DNA of 64,000 bases from the human T2T-CHM13v2.0 reference genome, Homo sapiens. The stretch is taken from assembly GCF_009914755.1 (NCBI RefSeq), contig NC_060939.1. The stretch is one strand, 5' to 3'. The stretch's first letter is position 1. Every line of letters starts with the position of its first letter. Shown in pieces: positions 20,509 to 39,077 of this stretch. The notes beneath the pieces were generated by a model. The model ran no database searches, had not been told where the DNA came from, and was given only the letters and a program-made list of their open reading frames with translations. A program made the position numbers and the translations under genes.

Positions 20509-21305
20509 ATTTCCTAACAATCTGAAATGCTAACCAGCATCAAAGATTGGAAAGCTAGGAAGCTCCTTTAAAAAAACAATTTTTTTTTTCAGTAGTCTTA
20601 GCTCTCTGCAAAGAACATAAGTATAGCAATTCAGACTAATTAAAATTCCCAATCACACAGATTTCTAGGGTGTAGTTTTAAAAGAATCAGGTGACCAATA
20701 GGCATTCTGTTCTTTAAACAGTTTGCCTGTGGCTGCTTTTAAAGTTTCTTGACTAATCTGGCTTTAATGATCAGCCAGAGCATGTCTTGCAGAAGAAAGA
20801 GCAAAAGACGTTGAAGCACACTGAGCCAACCACACATTTCAATAAATATGTAGATTTTGAGACACTGTGAACCAACATGCACACATTTCAATAAGTAGAT
20901 AGAAGCATAGGGACAGGGAACAACCCACACATTTCAATAGATAAACGTGGAGGCATTGTGAACCGACAAATAAAGAAAAAAAAAGAGTTGTGGGTGAGAA
21001 GGGGGGTGACAGGCTGGGCTACCTGCTCAGGAATGCACAGCTGGTGTCCAGAGACTCAGTCAGATGCTTCTCTTCTAGCCCCACGATTGCCAGGGAGCTA
21101 AGAACAGGCTCTCATTTCCCCAGATGAGGAAATCCTGGTCCAAAGGGGTTTTCCCTCAGGGGTCTCAAGCTCCTCTGTAGATGCCCCAGCATCTGAGGAG
21201 GTGGGAGGAGAGGCTGAGAGAGGCTGCCCAAGTCAGGGACTGAGTCTTTTCTTCCCATGAACAGAATGAGTAGCAGGACTTTTCCCTTTTAAGAAGAGTC
21301 TAGAC

Positions 21306-21528
21306 CAGTGATTCTCAACTGGGGGCTATTTTGTCACCCACTCCCATCAGGGAATATTTGACAATGCGTGGAGATATTTTTGGTTGTCATAATTTTGGGG
21401 GTGCTATGGCATTTAGTGGGTAGAGACCAGGGAAGCAGCTGAACATCTTACAAAACACAGGACAATTCCCTACAAGAAAGAATGATCTGGTCCAAAAATG
21501 TCAATAGTGCCAAGTTTGAGAAATTGTG
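21306..21528. mobile_element. MER20 (hAT-Charlie MITE)
   Basis: CAGTGATTCTCAACTGGGGGCTATTTTG...AAAAATGTCAATAGTGCCAAGTTTGAGAAA. Confidence 0.8.
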
Positions 21529-21543
21529 GTCCAGACGAGGGAC

Positions 21544-22646
<1,103 letters not shown>

Positions 22647-23253
22647 ACCTTAGGAAAACAGTCTGGCAGTTTCTCAAAAAGTCAAACACACAGTTAACAT
22701 ATGATCCAGCAATTCCACTCCTAGGTATATACCCAGGTGAATTGAAAACATATGTCCACACAAAAACTTGTACACGAATGTTCATAGCAGCATTATTCAT
22801 AATAGCCAAAAAATGGAAACTATCCAATGTCCATTGGCTGATGAATGGATAAACAAATTAAAATGGATATGTCATATCCACATGATGAAATACTATGTAG
22901 CAATAAGAAGGAATGATATATGTTACAACTGGAATGAAGCTTGAAAACATTATACTAAGTAAAAGAAGCCAGTTGCAAAAGGCTGGCTTTTGTGATTCCA
23001 CTTACAGGAAATATCAAGAATAAGCAAATCCACAGAAGCAGAAAGTAGATTAGTGGTTGTGAGGGGCTGCTGTGAGGGGAAAACTGCTTACTGGGTACAG
23101 GGTTTTGTTTTGGGGTGATGGAATGCTTTTTAACTAGATAGAGGTGATGGTTGCACAACATTGTGAATGGACTAAATGCCACTGAACTGTATACTTTAAA
23201 ATGGTTAAAATGGTAAATTTTATGTTATGCAAATTTTATCATAAAGGAAAAAA
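22647..23253 (+). mobile_element. L1MB-type 3' fragment with TSD AGAATCAGTG
   Basis: CATATGATCCAGCAATTCCACTCCTAGGTATATACCC...; TSD at 22637-22646 and 23254-23263. Confidence 0.85.
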
Positions 23254-24305
23254 AGAATCAGTGGCTTATAAACTTTCCTAATAGAGGTAGATTTTAAGAA
23301 ATCAGGCAAAATCAGGATGTGAGTGAATCAGGTCACTCAGGAAAAAGACAACCTAAAATAGACAATCTGCCATATCTGTGCCCATATATTCTTGGACCCT
23401 TGCTAGGGTAGGGTGTAAATACATTTTCAGAGCCTTGTGGACAAGGGCGGGGACGGTGTATATTATACTTACCACCATAGATTAACAGTGCTAGGCACAT
23501 AGTAGGTGGGTTCTCAATAGATCTGTTGATTGAAAACTGGAGGCCACGGGTAAAGCCCCTTGTTGAAGGGGGAGTGCTGACAGTAGGACTGCAAATGAGG
23601 TTGGGGGGCGGTGGTAAAGCAAGTCTGTAAGCAAACCTCGATCACACGGTGCCATAGGCTCGCCCAGCACTGTGGGGGAAGGAGTTGGCTTCCTGGAAAT
23701 GATGATACCTGAGCTGAGGCTCAAGGGGAGGCTCAAGGGTTATGGGGGACTGCAAAGGCAGCTCCCGCAGAGCCAGCAATACATGCATGGTCATAGGCAG
23801 CTCACCAGCGGAGACTGTGGAGCAAGGGCTGGGGTCAGCCTGCTGAGGCCAGGCATGGTCACAAAGGATTTTCTGTTACTGTAGAACCCCCTGGGGACGT
23901 CATCAGAAGGATGGATTTGAGAGTAAGTCAAAAGGCTGTTGAGATAGCCTTAGAGAAGGAAGAGAAAGAAGGAGAGGATTGTCTTGTTGAACTAACATTG
24001 ATTACGCACATGAAAAGGGGTTTTAGAGTGTTTTTTGGTAGGTAGACTTGTTGGGATTTGGCAACTGATTGCTGGCTATAGGGAATGAAATAAAAGAAGC
24101 CTAGGATAGTGATGATGATGAGGATGACGAAGACATTGTAGTTAACATCTGTTGAGTGCTTATGTTCCAGGCATTAAGTGCTTCATAAACACCTTGTCAT
24201 TTGAGCCTCATCACAAACCACTAAAGTACAGACTATTTTGTTATTGTTGATGGGTGTTTTAATTCTGATCAGTACCTTTTCTTTTTGGGGGGGAGGGGTG
24301 AGACT

Positions 24306-24590
24306 GTTTTTGTTTGTTTGTTTTTTGAGACAGAATCTTGCACTGTTGTCCAGGCTGGAGTGCAGTGGTGTGACCTCGGCTCACTGAAGCCTCCGTCTCC
24401 GGGGTTCAAGTGATTCTTGTGCCTCAGCCTCCTGAGTAGCTGGGACTACAGGGGTGCGCCACCACACCCAGCTAATTTTTGTATTTTTAGTAGAGACAGG
24501 ATTTCACTGTGTTGGCCAGGCTGGTCTCAAAGTCCTGGCCTCAAGTGTTCTGCCTGCCTCGGCATCCCAAAGTGCTGGGATTACAGGCGT
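24306..24590 (-). mobile_element. Alu inserted in a MIR (~24135-24725)
   Basis: Alu consensus flanked by MIR core ATACAGACGAAGAAACTGAG. Confidence 0.9.
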
Positions 24591-25539
24591 TGTTTTTATC
24601 CTCATTATACAGACGAAGAAACTGAGACCCAAAAAGCTGTGACTTGGACAAGGCCACTCATTTAGTATGTGGAGTAGCCAAGGTTTGACCCCAGCGACCT
24701 GAAGAGCCATGCTCTTAACCATGCCTGGTATTGACCCTGGGTTTTTAGTTTGGGTTGGCTGGGTGGGTGGTGGCACCATTCTTCAATCCAAGGAAACAGG
24801 AGGAGGAAAATGGTTGATTGGTGGTGAAATGACAAACTGAGTTTGGGACAAGTTGGGCTGGAGATGCTGTGGATTATTCTGTGATATCCAGTAGGTATTT
24901 GCTAGTCAGGAGTGCAGCTATGGAGGGACTCTGTTGGAGGGGTAGACTTAGGAGGCACCAGCCTACAGACAGTAAAGTCATGGGAATGAATGAGACAACC
25001 TAGGAGAAAGAATGAGAGGAGAGGAATAGGTCAAGAACAAGACTAGGGGACACTGAAGAACCAAATGTGTCTTTTTGGATGTGGCCATTAGGAAGTCACT
25101 GGGAACCTTGGTTTCCTAAATGGTAAGGGACCCTAAAGGGTAAGGGGAAGAAACAAGAGTGCAGTGATTAGGGGAGAGGTAAATCTGCTATTCTAAGGTC
25201 CTTGGCTGTAGAAGGAGGAGGAGAGAATATCACTAGAAGGGATCAGTAATCAGGGTCCAGAAGGCTGTCTTTTTCTTTCTTTTAATCATTAAGATGAGAG
25301 AGATCTGCAAATGTCATAAACTAGAGAGATGGAGCCATCCTAGAGAGATGGAAAGGATGAGTTTGATAATGAATGGGAAAGAAGGGCTGGCACCACATCC
25401 TTGAGGCAGCTAAAGGGGTGAAGTGAGGGCATCAGGCTTCAGAAAGAATAGGGAAACTTCTTTTGAGTCCAGAGAAAAGTTAAGTATTGGTTTGAATGCA
25501 CCTTTAACAGCATATAGGGGCTTTAGAAAGGTAAGATTT

Positions 25540-26262
<723 letters not shown>

Positions 26263-27165
26263 AGCCCCTTATAGGCGCAAGTGGATAAAACCAGAAAGGC
26301 TGAGCCAGGGAATTTCAGATCCCTCAATGACAGGTGTTGAGCCCAGGGAGATCATGATGGGTCTGAATGTGACAGCAAAATGGGTGGTGGTGGGATCCTG
26401 GTAACTTTCTCATAGAGATGTTTGCAGCTTACTGTGACGGCCCACCAGGCATAAGGTGGATTTTCAGGAGGTTGAGGCAGATATGACCACATGAAGATGG
26501 GTGTCATTATACACAAACTGAAAAGGAGGTGGTGGGCAATGGGGGAGGAGGTCTCTCAATTATCCGAGAGTAGGCAGTGAGGCCAGCTACTGTGAATATG
26601 GAGAGTTGGTGGGGTGGGATCTTGCAAAGTGGTTTTAGAAGAACTGTGGGAGAAGGAAGATAAAGCTGGTGACAGATAAAATGTAAGGAGACTAGTGGGA
26701 AAAGGGGATGGAGAAGTAGCAGGGGTGGGAACCTTCCAAATGACAAAGCTGTAGGCCTTGGGAGACTGGATTTTATACTAACTGTTAAGGGAAACCACTG
26801 GATGGTTTTGAGATGAGGCACTACATCATCTGTTGTACATCTTAGAAGGACCACTTTGGCCATTGTAGAATGTATGAATGGAAACAACAGATCAGTTAAG
26901 AGGCAACTGCAATCATTCAGAAAGGAGACAGGGCTTAGAGTAGGGGGAGAACAGTACAGATGATGGTAGATGTGTTTAGTTTCCCTCTGATAACTTTTCT
27001 CCCAGTGAAATATGAAGCAAGAACATCAACTGAGAGTGGGGCTGGATGGGTAGATAGGATCATACTCTTATCTATATATTGGAAGACTAGGAAAAAAGGT
27101 GAAAAAATTAAAAGTTACAAAAATCTGTTTTTTTTAAAAACCTGCATTTTTAAGAAGAGGCTTAA

Positions 27166-27534
<369 letters not shown>

Positions 27535-27811
27535 TGTATTTTTCTTGATAAAAGATCAGCACACCCAAATCCCCCTCCCAATGAAGTAACCACTTCTTTT
27601 CTTTTTGAACTCACTAATTTCTGCAACTTTTGTTTGATGTGTCAGTAGTTACTGACACTCTTCCCTGTCCACCAAACTCTCCCCCACCCTCCAGGGTTTT
27701 CAGCTCTGTCAAATTCATAATGCATCTCTGTGTGTGTGCATAAGGATATACACTTGTACAAAACGCAGCCCATATGACAAAACCATTTTTACAAATGTTT
27801 GCCTTTTTAAA

Positions 27812-29357
27812 CAAAAGGTGTGCCATATATTTTTATTAAATCATAGAAAACATTTGTATACAAATCTTTTCACTTTGGGAAGACTGGAATATTAAACAGC
27901 TGGGTAACTAAACAGTTGAAAGATACATTTCACTTTAAATAGAAACAAGTTTTAAGTTGTCACACTTATTAAAACAAAAAAAGCTGAAATAATTGGTAAC
28001 AGGTTGTTGGCTTTTTAACCTTTAGACCACAGAAATAATCTCTCTTATAACCCTCAACTTTAAGAATGTTTTTTATTACTTACATCAACCACGAATTTAA
28101 AAGATAGTTAACTTGAATTCTGAATACAAAATCAATGTCCTTGTACCTACACAGGCTTTTAGAATGCTGCAAATGCTGAATTTTAGGAGATGGTTTCATT
28201 CCACAGGACTGACTGAACTTCCTTTCTACCATGGAAAATGTATGTAACAGTGTGGAATATATTTCCGAATAAGTTAAATATTAAGACATACAATATGGCA
28301 ATAATGTCCTACTTTTTTTCCTACCAAGTAAATTCAAAAGTTCATCCTAATCTTATACGTTTATAAAACGGTGAAGACTGAGGGATCCAGTGATACTGAA
28401 AATACACAACAACCATCAGAACCACATTATCTACGGCAGAATATGTACAAATGTTCCTGCCAAAATCATGCTTGCATTCATTCCACAGGTGACCAAAAAG
28501 AACAGAGTTTGAAGTTCACCAAATGAAAACGAGCAGTGATTTTGACATTTAGGTCATCACTTGTTCTGCTTCTGAGCAGAGATCCAGAGGTGACACAGTG
28601 CAATATCTGCACTCACACCAAACACCACATAAGCACAAATTAAATATTGTCAAAATATTTTTAAATTAAATTGAAGACCATTATTTAAGTGCATGAGATA
28701 TTTTTCCCCTAGCTTCTTGAATGCATGTTACAGAACAAGAATTAACAAGGAACATGTTAGAGGCCAACCCAATCCTCTGAGAACTCCCTGGGGTAACATA
28801 TGAGACCTCTGGTGCAGGGCTGAGGGGAGGGACAATTATCCACTCCAAACACAGGGATGGTCTCAAAAAATCAGTCTTCCAAACTCAGGTCTGGATTTCA
28901 AACTAATTGAAGAAGGAACTGAAAATGCTGTTTTGGGGACTGGTATCTTGTCCACAGTGAGTCTTCTTCCCCAGGACCCTTCTTATCCAAGACCTTTAAC
29001 ACTGCAAGCCTCATTTAAAGCCACCCCCAGGTCCTGGGCCCACTGGTGTCGATCTGCAGACCTGGATCTGTCCCAGGGAACATGTAAACAAATCTGGGAA
29101 AAATCACATTTCTGCAAGTTTTCCTTGTATCAGTGAAAGACCTCTTGGGCTAAGAAAAATAATAGGAAGGGCTGCCCCAGTGTCATCTTCCCACGAGGTT
29201 TGTCTTTTGCTCATTGTGCTGTGGAAAACTATAAAGTCAAATCAAATACTTTTGCCTGACTCGCCCCAAATGATATGAAACAGAAACATTTCTATGGACT
29301 ACTTTATTCCTGAATTATGAAAAAAGCTTATCTGAGCATACTTGGTTTGCCATCTTG
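27812..29357 (-). other. BNC1: BNC1 3'UTR (~1.55 kb, AU-rich, no obvious interspersed repeat)
   Basis: Runs from the stop codon to the distal AATAAA at 27837-27832. Confidence 0.8.
27832..27837 (-). terminator. Distal polyadenylation signal AATAAA of BNC1
   Basis: Plus-strand tttatt. A UGUA element lies ~20 nt upstream and U/GU-rich sequence lies downstream on the minus strand. Confidence 0.8.
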
Positions 29358-30062
<705 letters not shown>

Positions 30063-30645
30063 TTAGTAATGGGTTGGGCTGTTTTAGAAACAGTCATCAT
30101 TCTGAGTGGAGAGACTTGGTAGATACCAGGAAAAACATGTGGTATGGGAGCACCGATGATAAGGGGGTAGGCCCCCATGGGATGTAACACCTGTCTGGTG
30201 GATACAGACCCACTGTTGTTCATTGCTTGCCAGAAGTTAGTGTTCACCAGGAAAGCCGACAGTCTGGATACTGAGAATATGTAGTCTTCTTTGATTTCCA
30301 GTGTCTGTTTGATGTACTTTCTGTACCTCATGTCCTTTCTGTAAATGAGCTCACTGTTTCAGAGCTACTGGTTTAGACATACCCCTTCTCCCAGGAAGCT
30401 TTCCTTAACTTCTCATGGTGCCCTCCCATGTGCCCACAGCAGCACTTCCCCCATTGTAGAAGTCATCACATTCAACTGTAATTGCCTATTTCTGGTCTGT
30501 CTCCCAGAATGACTAGACTAAATCAACTAGACTAGTTTAACTAGGACACTGGAACCAGGAGATCCCAGGAGAAAACTGGTCACAAACTATAAGGAACTAA
30601 GAAAAGGACTTTATTTCAATGAAATCAGGAAACATTACCTTCTGG

Positions 30646-30850
30646 GGCTGCACTGTCCAATGATAGCCACTAGCCATATATGGATACTGAACACCTGAAA
30701 TGTGGCTAGTATCATATGTTGAAAGGATAATATTTTGGATATACTGAAGTTAAATGTTATTAAATTTTACTGCATCTGCTTTTTTACAGTGGCTATAATA
30801 TTTAAAATTTCATATGAAGCTTGCATCGTATTTCTATTGGATAGCACTGG
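30646..30850. mobile_element. MER3/MER33-type hAT MITE
   Basis: CACTGTCCAAT...TAGCCACTAGCCA...GAAATGTGGCTAGT...CTATTGGATAGCACTG inverted ends. Confidence 0.7.
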
Positions 30851-31938
30851 TCAAGAGCATTGACATACACTTCATCCCAAAAATTCTAAAAGTGTGGTTG
30901 AGAATCCAATTGGCTAGAATTGTGTGTGTATGTAGTTTAGTTCATATTTGTAACATTTCACTATCCTATACCAGACAGAAGTTTTGCAAATGCAGCAGAA
31001 TAAGCATACCACCAATCTTCTACCCAATGATTACTCTCGAAGGACAGATAATGAGTATCCATTATGACACATGCCTTTTAGTCATATGTTATCATTTGGA
31101 ATTAACTTGTAAATCAATGTTGGTCTTCCTCAGAAATCCTCTGCTAACTTTTGACAAGCAAAAGTCCTTACCAAGGGGGTTACAATCTTAAAGGTGATAG
31201 GAGAATTATTCCAAATAGAGAAAACACTCCCCCAATACATATCAGAATGTATGGCAGAGTCAAGTTGGGAAAACACCTTCACCAAAATAACTAAGAATTG
31301 AACTTTTTAAATCCCCAAAGACGTGTGTGGGAAGCTTACTTATGTTTTATAAAATGTACAAAATTTACTGTTCAACTTCTGTCTTCTATTCCCTTACACA
31401 TATATTCTGGACATAATCAGAATTATACTCCCAGATCACCCACTTTGCAAGCAGCCCTTCTTAACTCCAACTCTGCCCTGTGATTATGTCAGCATTCTGG
31501 GTTGAAGGGGCTGGTATGTGCCGACAGAAAACCAGACACTGGGTGGACGTACAGGTTCCAGTACATACAAGTGGTTAAAAAGAAAGACAAACACTTTTAT
31601 TGGAACCTTGTAAAGAAAGGTCCCTACTGGAACAAAGCAAACCTCTGGGACTCATACTCAACTCCTGAGTATTCCATGCATACTAATGGCTAACTTGTGG
31701 GCTCTCGCTCCTCTCAAGCCTTAGAGGGTTAGATACATTTCCTGAGGTGCCATGTCCCCTAAGACCAGTAACTACTACAACTGTAAAAACCCTCTGGATC
31801 ATGTGCCAGGCTTTGGTTTCTAGGACTCTCCTAATCCTGTACTCACTGCCCATGTCTCCATCTCTTCCCTTCAACCCTACAACCTCTACCTCTCCCCTCC
31901 AACTCTTCCTCTTGGCTTCTATTTTGATTAGTTGAGAC

Positions 31939-32412
31939 CAGTGGTTCTCAAAGTGTGGTCTGAGCACCCCTAGTGATCTCTGAGGCCCTTTCAGGGGGTT
32001 CCTGAAGTCAAAGTTTCATAATACTAAGATATTATTTGCCTTTTTCACTTTCATTGTCTCATGAGTGAACAGTGGAGTTTTTCAGAGGCTACGTAACACA
32101 ATTTTGCAACAGAGCATATGCAGAAGCAGATATGAGAATCTAGCTGTCTTCTACGAAGTCAGACATTAATGAGATTTACAAAAATGTAAAACAAAGCCAC
32201 TCATCTCACTAAATTTTTGCTTTGGAAAATGTAGGGTTTTTTTCATAAACATATGTTAATATATAATTTAAAGTTTTACAATTTTTAGATTTTTAATTTC
32301 TAATATGATAAATTTTGATAGATATAACCCAAATAGAGAAAAGCTCTTGAGTAACCTTAGGTTTTAAGTATTTGTAAAGGGGTTATAAGACCAAAACGTT
32401 TCAGAGTTACTG
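31939..32412. mobile_element. Charlie4a-like hAT element
   Basis: CAGTGGTTCTCAAAGTGTGGTC...TTTCAGAGTTACTG termini; near-matching 8-bp TSD gttgagac / gtgtagac. Confidence 0.7.
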
Positions 32413-33948
32413 GTGTAGACATATCCCTTCTTCCAGGAAGCTTTCCTTAACTTCTCAAGGTGCCCTCCCACAACAGCCTACATTTCCTTCACTGCAGAAG
32501 TAATCACATTCAACTGTAATTGCCTGTTTCTGGTCTGTCTCCTCCACTACAGAAGGCCTCTATGGGCAGGGATTATGTCCCCAGCACCTAACATAGACAG
32601 TTCTTAATATTTGCTGGGTAAATAAGCATCCAGGGTGTTGTCCCAGTCCCTTCCTGATGGGTCTTGGTAACTGTTGCTGGCAGTAGCAGTGGCTCAAAGA
32701 GAAGTTAAATGTCCCTACAGGAATGTGGTTCTCAATCTCTGACTGAGAGAAATGGTGTCAGGTCTGGGCCTGCCCACAAAGTCAAATTTAAAATACTGTA
32801 ACTTAAATCATAGATTCTAGGTAAAATGCATTTCAAGTTCTAGACTAATTAGTGGTTTTAATTTATAACGCAAGATGCTTTCCTGTTGTGGTGGGGGAAG
32901 GCTCGGATCTATTAATACAAATAGGTCAGAACATAAGGAAATATTAAATCTATGAAAAAATAAATATCAAATGAAAAAGTATCTTGAATCCAATATGCCT
33001 TCCAATTTAGTAGATATTGTAGGATAGAACAGTATCATAAATATCAAAGATAATATGACCAACATGACTGTCTCTGTAGCAACAGCTTATTCATGAACAA
33101 ACACTCCTCCTCTTGGAGGCTGAAGAAGGACTGGTTCACTAATTAGGGTGCCTTGGTGGTTTGGTTCAACATCCTATCAGTAGAAACACTGATTTAATAT
33201 AAACATTTAACTAATATCTCCTGTGCTCTATCCTCTTTGCTAAAGACAATAAGTATGTTCTTATGAGCCCTGTCCAGGAATGTGTGTGGGAGTCTGTACA
33301 TTTTCACCCTCTTAACAAATTAGGCATTACAACTTGGACCAAGTGGTGGTGTTGAACTGCTTCAAGTCAAGCTTGTTTCTGCAAATGTAGCATTTTAATA
33401 TTCAGTGTACCATTTAACATTTATCATATTCCATTTCATCAGGCAGCTGATCTTTTCCATAAGCCTCCTGGGGCCATCTTTTGGTATGCTTGCTCTTCCA
33501 TTTATAGGCTAGGGAGGAAGGTGACCTGAAGAGTGGTTAGGTGACTCAAGTTCATGAAGAAAAGCACAAGCAAGACAGTAACACCACTGCTATCCCCACG
33601 GTGATGAGATATGCTCTATAGCGGGGGACTTTGTAAACAGTTTGCCTGCATGTGTGTGTCATGAAAACTCAGGATCTTTCAACCAGAAATCACAGTCCCT
33701 GAAACAACCTGCCAATCACCTTTATTCTTTTATAACTTAATATTTAAAAAACCTTCAATCAAGCAGTGATTCTTCCTTTCAAATGTAGCTGGGTAACTAG
33801 AAATAAAGGAAAATATTTTATTCTATGGATTTCATATTATCAAATGAAAATGAGTCACGTTTTGGGACGCTATAGTGGCAATTTAAAAAGCTCCCTTCTC
33901 ACTCTTATTCAAATAGTTGTTTACGCTTTACTCAACCTGCTAATGTGA

Positions 33949-34265
<317 letters not shown>

Positions 34266-34645
34266 ATAGTTCATGATTTCTTATCCCACACCCTTGTGGC
34301 CGGATGTGTTTCTGAGTTCAGAATTTCTCAGACTTCAGACAGGCAGAATGATGCATATAATGAAACATTGTTAATGCCCTATAATAAATCCATTACTATT
34401 TGTACTATATATGTATTTATAAATCCACACAAAAGGAGATTAAAGAAGATTACAAGTAGCCTCACATCACTTCAGGTCAGGTTTTGCAGCCAAATTAGGT
34501 TAGGTTTTTGGAAGTAAAAATTCATGAATGTTGAAATATGAAAATTCATAGAACGGTTTCTCAAACTGTAGCCCCCAGAATAGTAACATCAGCATCATCT
34601 GGGAACTTGTATTCATGAATGTTGAAATATGAAAATTCATACAAC

Positions 34646-34832
34646 AGTGTTTCTCAAACTGTGACCCCCAGAATAGTAACATCAGCATCATCTGGGAACT
34701 TGTTAAAAATGCCAACTCTCAGGCCTCACCCTAGATCTAATGAAGTGGAAATTCTAGGGTGGGGCTCAGAAGTCTGTGTTTTAACAATTCTCCGGGTGAT
34801 TCTGATGCATGTTAAACTTGAAGAGCCACTGC
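34646..34832. mobile_element. MER5A MITE, ~30 nt from the exon 4 donor
   Basis: CAGTGTTTCTCAAACTGTG...CATCAGCATCATCTGGGAACTTGTTAAAAATGC...GGTGATTCTGATGCA...CCACTG. Confidence 0.85.
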
Positions 34833-34864
34833 CTTAGAAAAAATGATTGCCTACAGATGCCTTA

Positions 34865-36730
<1,866 letters not shown>

Positions 36731-38744
36731 CTAAACCCAAACCAGATGTTAGAAGTGTGATCAATTTACAACTCCTTACCCTTTCCTCTAAAAATGTAGT
36801 CCACTAGACTATGGGATACTTTTGTGCATATAGGAAAAAGATGAATGCAGGGCTTTGGGGAATTTAGTCCCTGCTCACCCTACTCTCCCAGGCCAGAAGC
36901 TTTGTGCAGAACATAAGCTGCACAAATATTAGCAGTAGTCCTACAATTGGTGCAAAAGAGACAAATAAAACCATATTACTCAAGTGAAGTCAGGGAAATG
37001 TAGTGATTATTTTTCACCTCATTTCAGACCAATTGCTTGTCTAGCATTAGACATAATAATTTTCCCTGCTAAAATTAAAATATGTATCATTTGAACAATA
37101 GTAACTTCTTTATCTAAAGAGAATAGATGGAACAATCAGGCCTAGATGCAGCTCAAGTATTCATTTGCTGCAAGTTTAATAATCTTCCTAAGCAACTAAC
37201 ATCAGAAAACAAATGAACTGTATTGATCTACTGCACACATTCACAAAGCAGGGCTGTAATTACACTGGAGTGTTGGAGATCTTTCAAACTCTAGCAAGGC
37301 CTAACTTTTCCCAAAACTACAATAAATATTTTATCACAGAACATGTATTTGATGGCCTACTGAGATTTTTCACAGTGCATGTAAGAGTTTTGAAGATGAT
37401 GAAGAATGTAACATCATAAATTTTTCATGCACTAGAGGTTCAAGGTAATTGATTCCATATTTTTAATCCTAACACTAGAAAGCAAGATTATTAGGATCAT
37501 TAAATATTGATCTATGTCCTAACGTAAGGTCATAATGCTACTCTACATAAACGGTTGTTTCTAGTCTGCTGGGGGTCCTGCACTAGAGGTGAGCAAACAT
37601 TTTTACAGGGGAAGATTATGGTCTTTTGAGTTAAAAAGAAGTGAGTACAAATTCTGGGTCTGCCACATACTAGTGAAATGACTTTCAGCATGATTTTGAG
37701 GCACTCTAAGTCTCTGGTTTTTTGACTGGAAAATGGGGATAATATGCCTAAGCTTAAGATTATTGGGAGTGGATCTAGGTCTACAAAATTGTTTTTAGTG
37801 TTCATTTTAATTACATGGCCTACCTCAGTAAGACTGACATCTATGTTGGTCTTGGAAATATGTTCGCCTCCCATTTCATTGAAATTTTTACCAAACTTTG
37901 ACATTTTCTAGTGTAATGGCAAGAAAATACAATGCTGTAGCTGTTTCATATCTTAAAGGAATGATGCTTCATCTCAGGAAACATGTTCTTTGCTTCTAAA
38001 AACACCTTGATAGCCTCTTTGGAAATGAAACATGAAGCCTACACACTCAGCATGATCTGGGAACAGAGGTAAACTACTCTGCAAAATAAAGAGGACAGAG
38101 AGGATGAAGGGCTTGGAATACTGGAGAAAAGAAGAGAATATATGAAGATGCCAAAAGAAAACTGGGGTGTGGGGAGGGAGGGAGGGAGGGAGACATACAC
38201 ACACACACACACACATATAGAGAGAGAGATTGAGAATGAGCAAATGCATACATGAACACAGAAATATAAAAAATAGAGCCTAGGAAGGAAGAACATCAGT
38301 GAGATGGCAGAAGGCTTTAAAGAACAGGAAGGTGTGCTATGAAATTATAAGTTGTTTGCTGTGTGGTTCATGTAAGTTCCCTTTCTCAATCCCAAACTCT
38401 CAGTAAAATCTGATACAGACAGATCTTGTGTCAGTAAGTAGTTTGGGACTAATGAAAGACATGGAGGCAGCACCTGAAATGGGGCAAATGGTTTATTGTG
38501 GAAGAGGTAGTTTAGTAAAAGCCAAATCAGAGAATATGTAATGCTCCTAAAGCTTCATAGGTATCTTGGAGGAAAGCCTTGGACTCCCCCCAAGAACATG
38601 AGGTAGGGGCTTAGGCCATTAGAAAAGAAGTATTAAAGGGAAAGATGGCCACCAAGGGCTGTAGCATTGGGAGGTAACTGGGTTACGTCAGTTATATGGG
38701 CACAAATTTCAGAAAGCACCCTAGGAGGACAATGTTCATGTTTA

Positions 38745-39077
<333 letters not shown>

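Noticed and set aside
20831-20939. CRISPR-like repeat-spacer pattern
   Set aside because: Mammalian DNA, only three 14-bp repeats, spacers related to each other, no cas genes; kept only as a degenerate minisatellite
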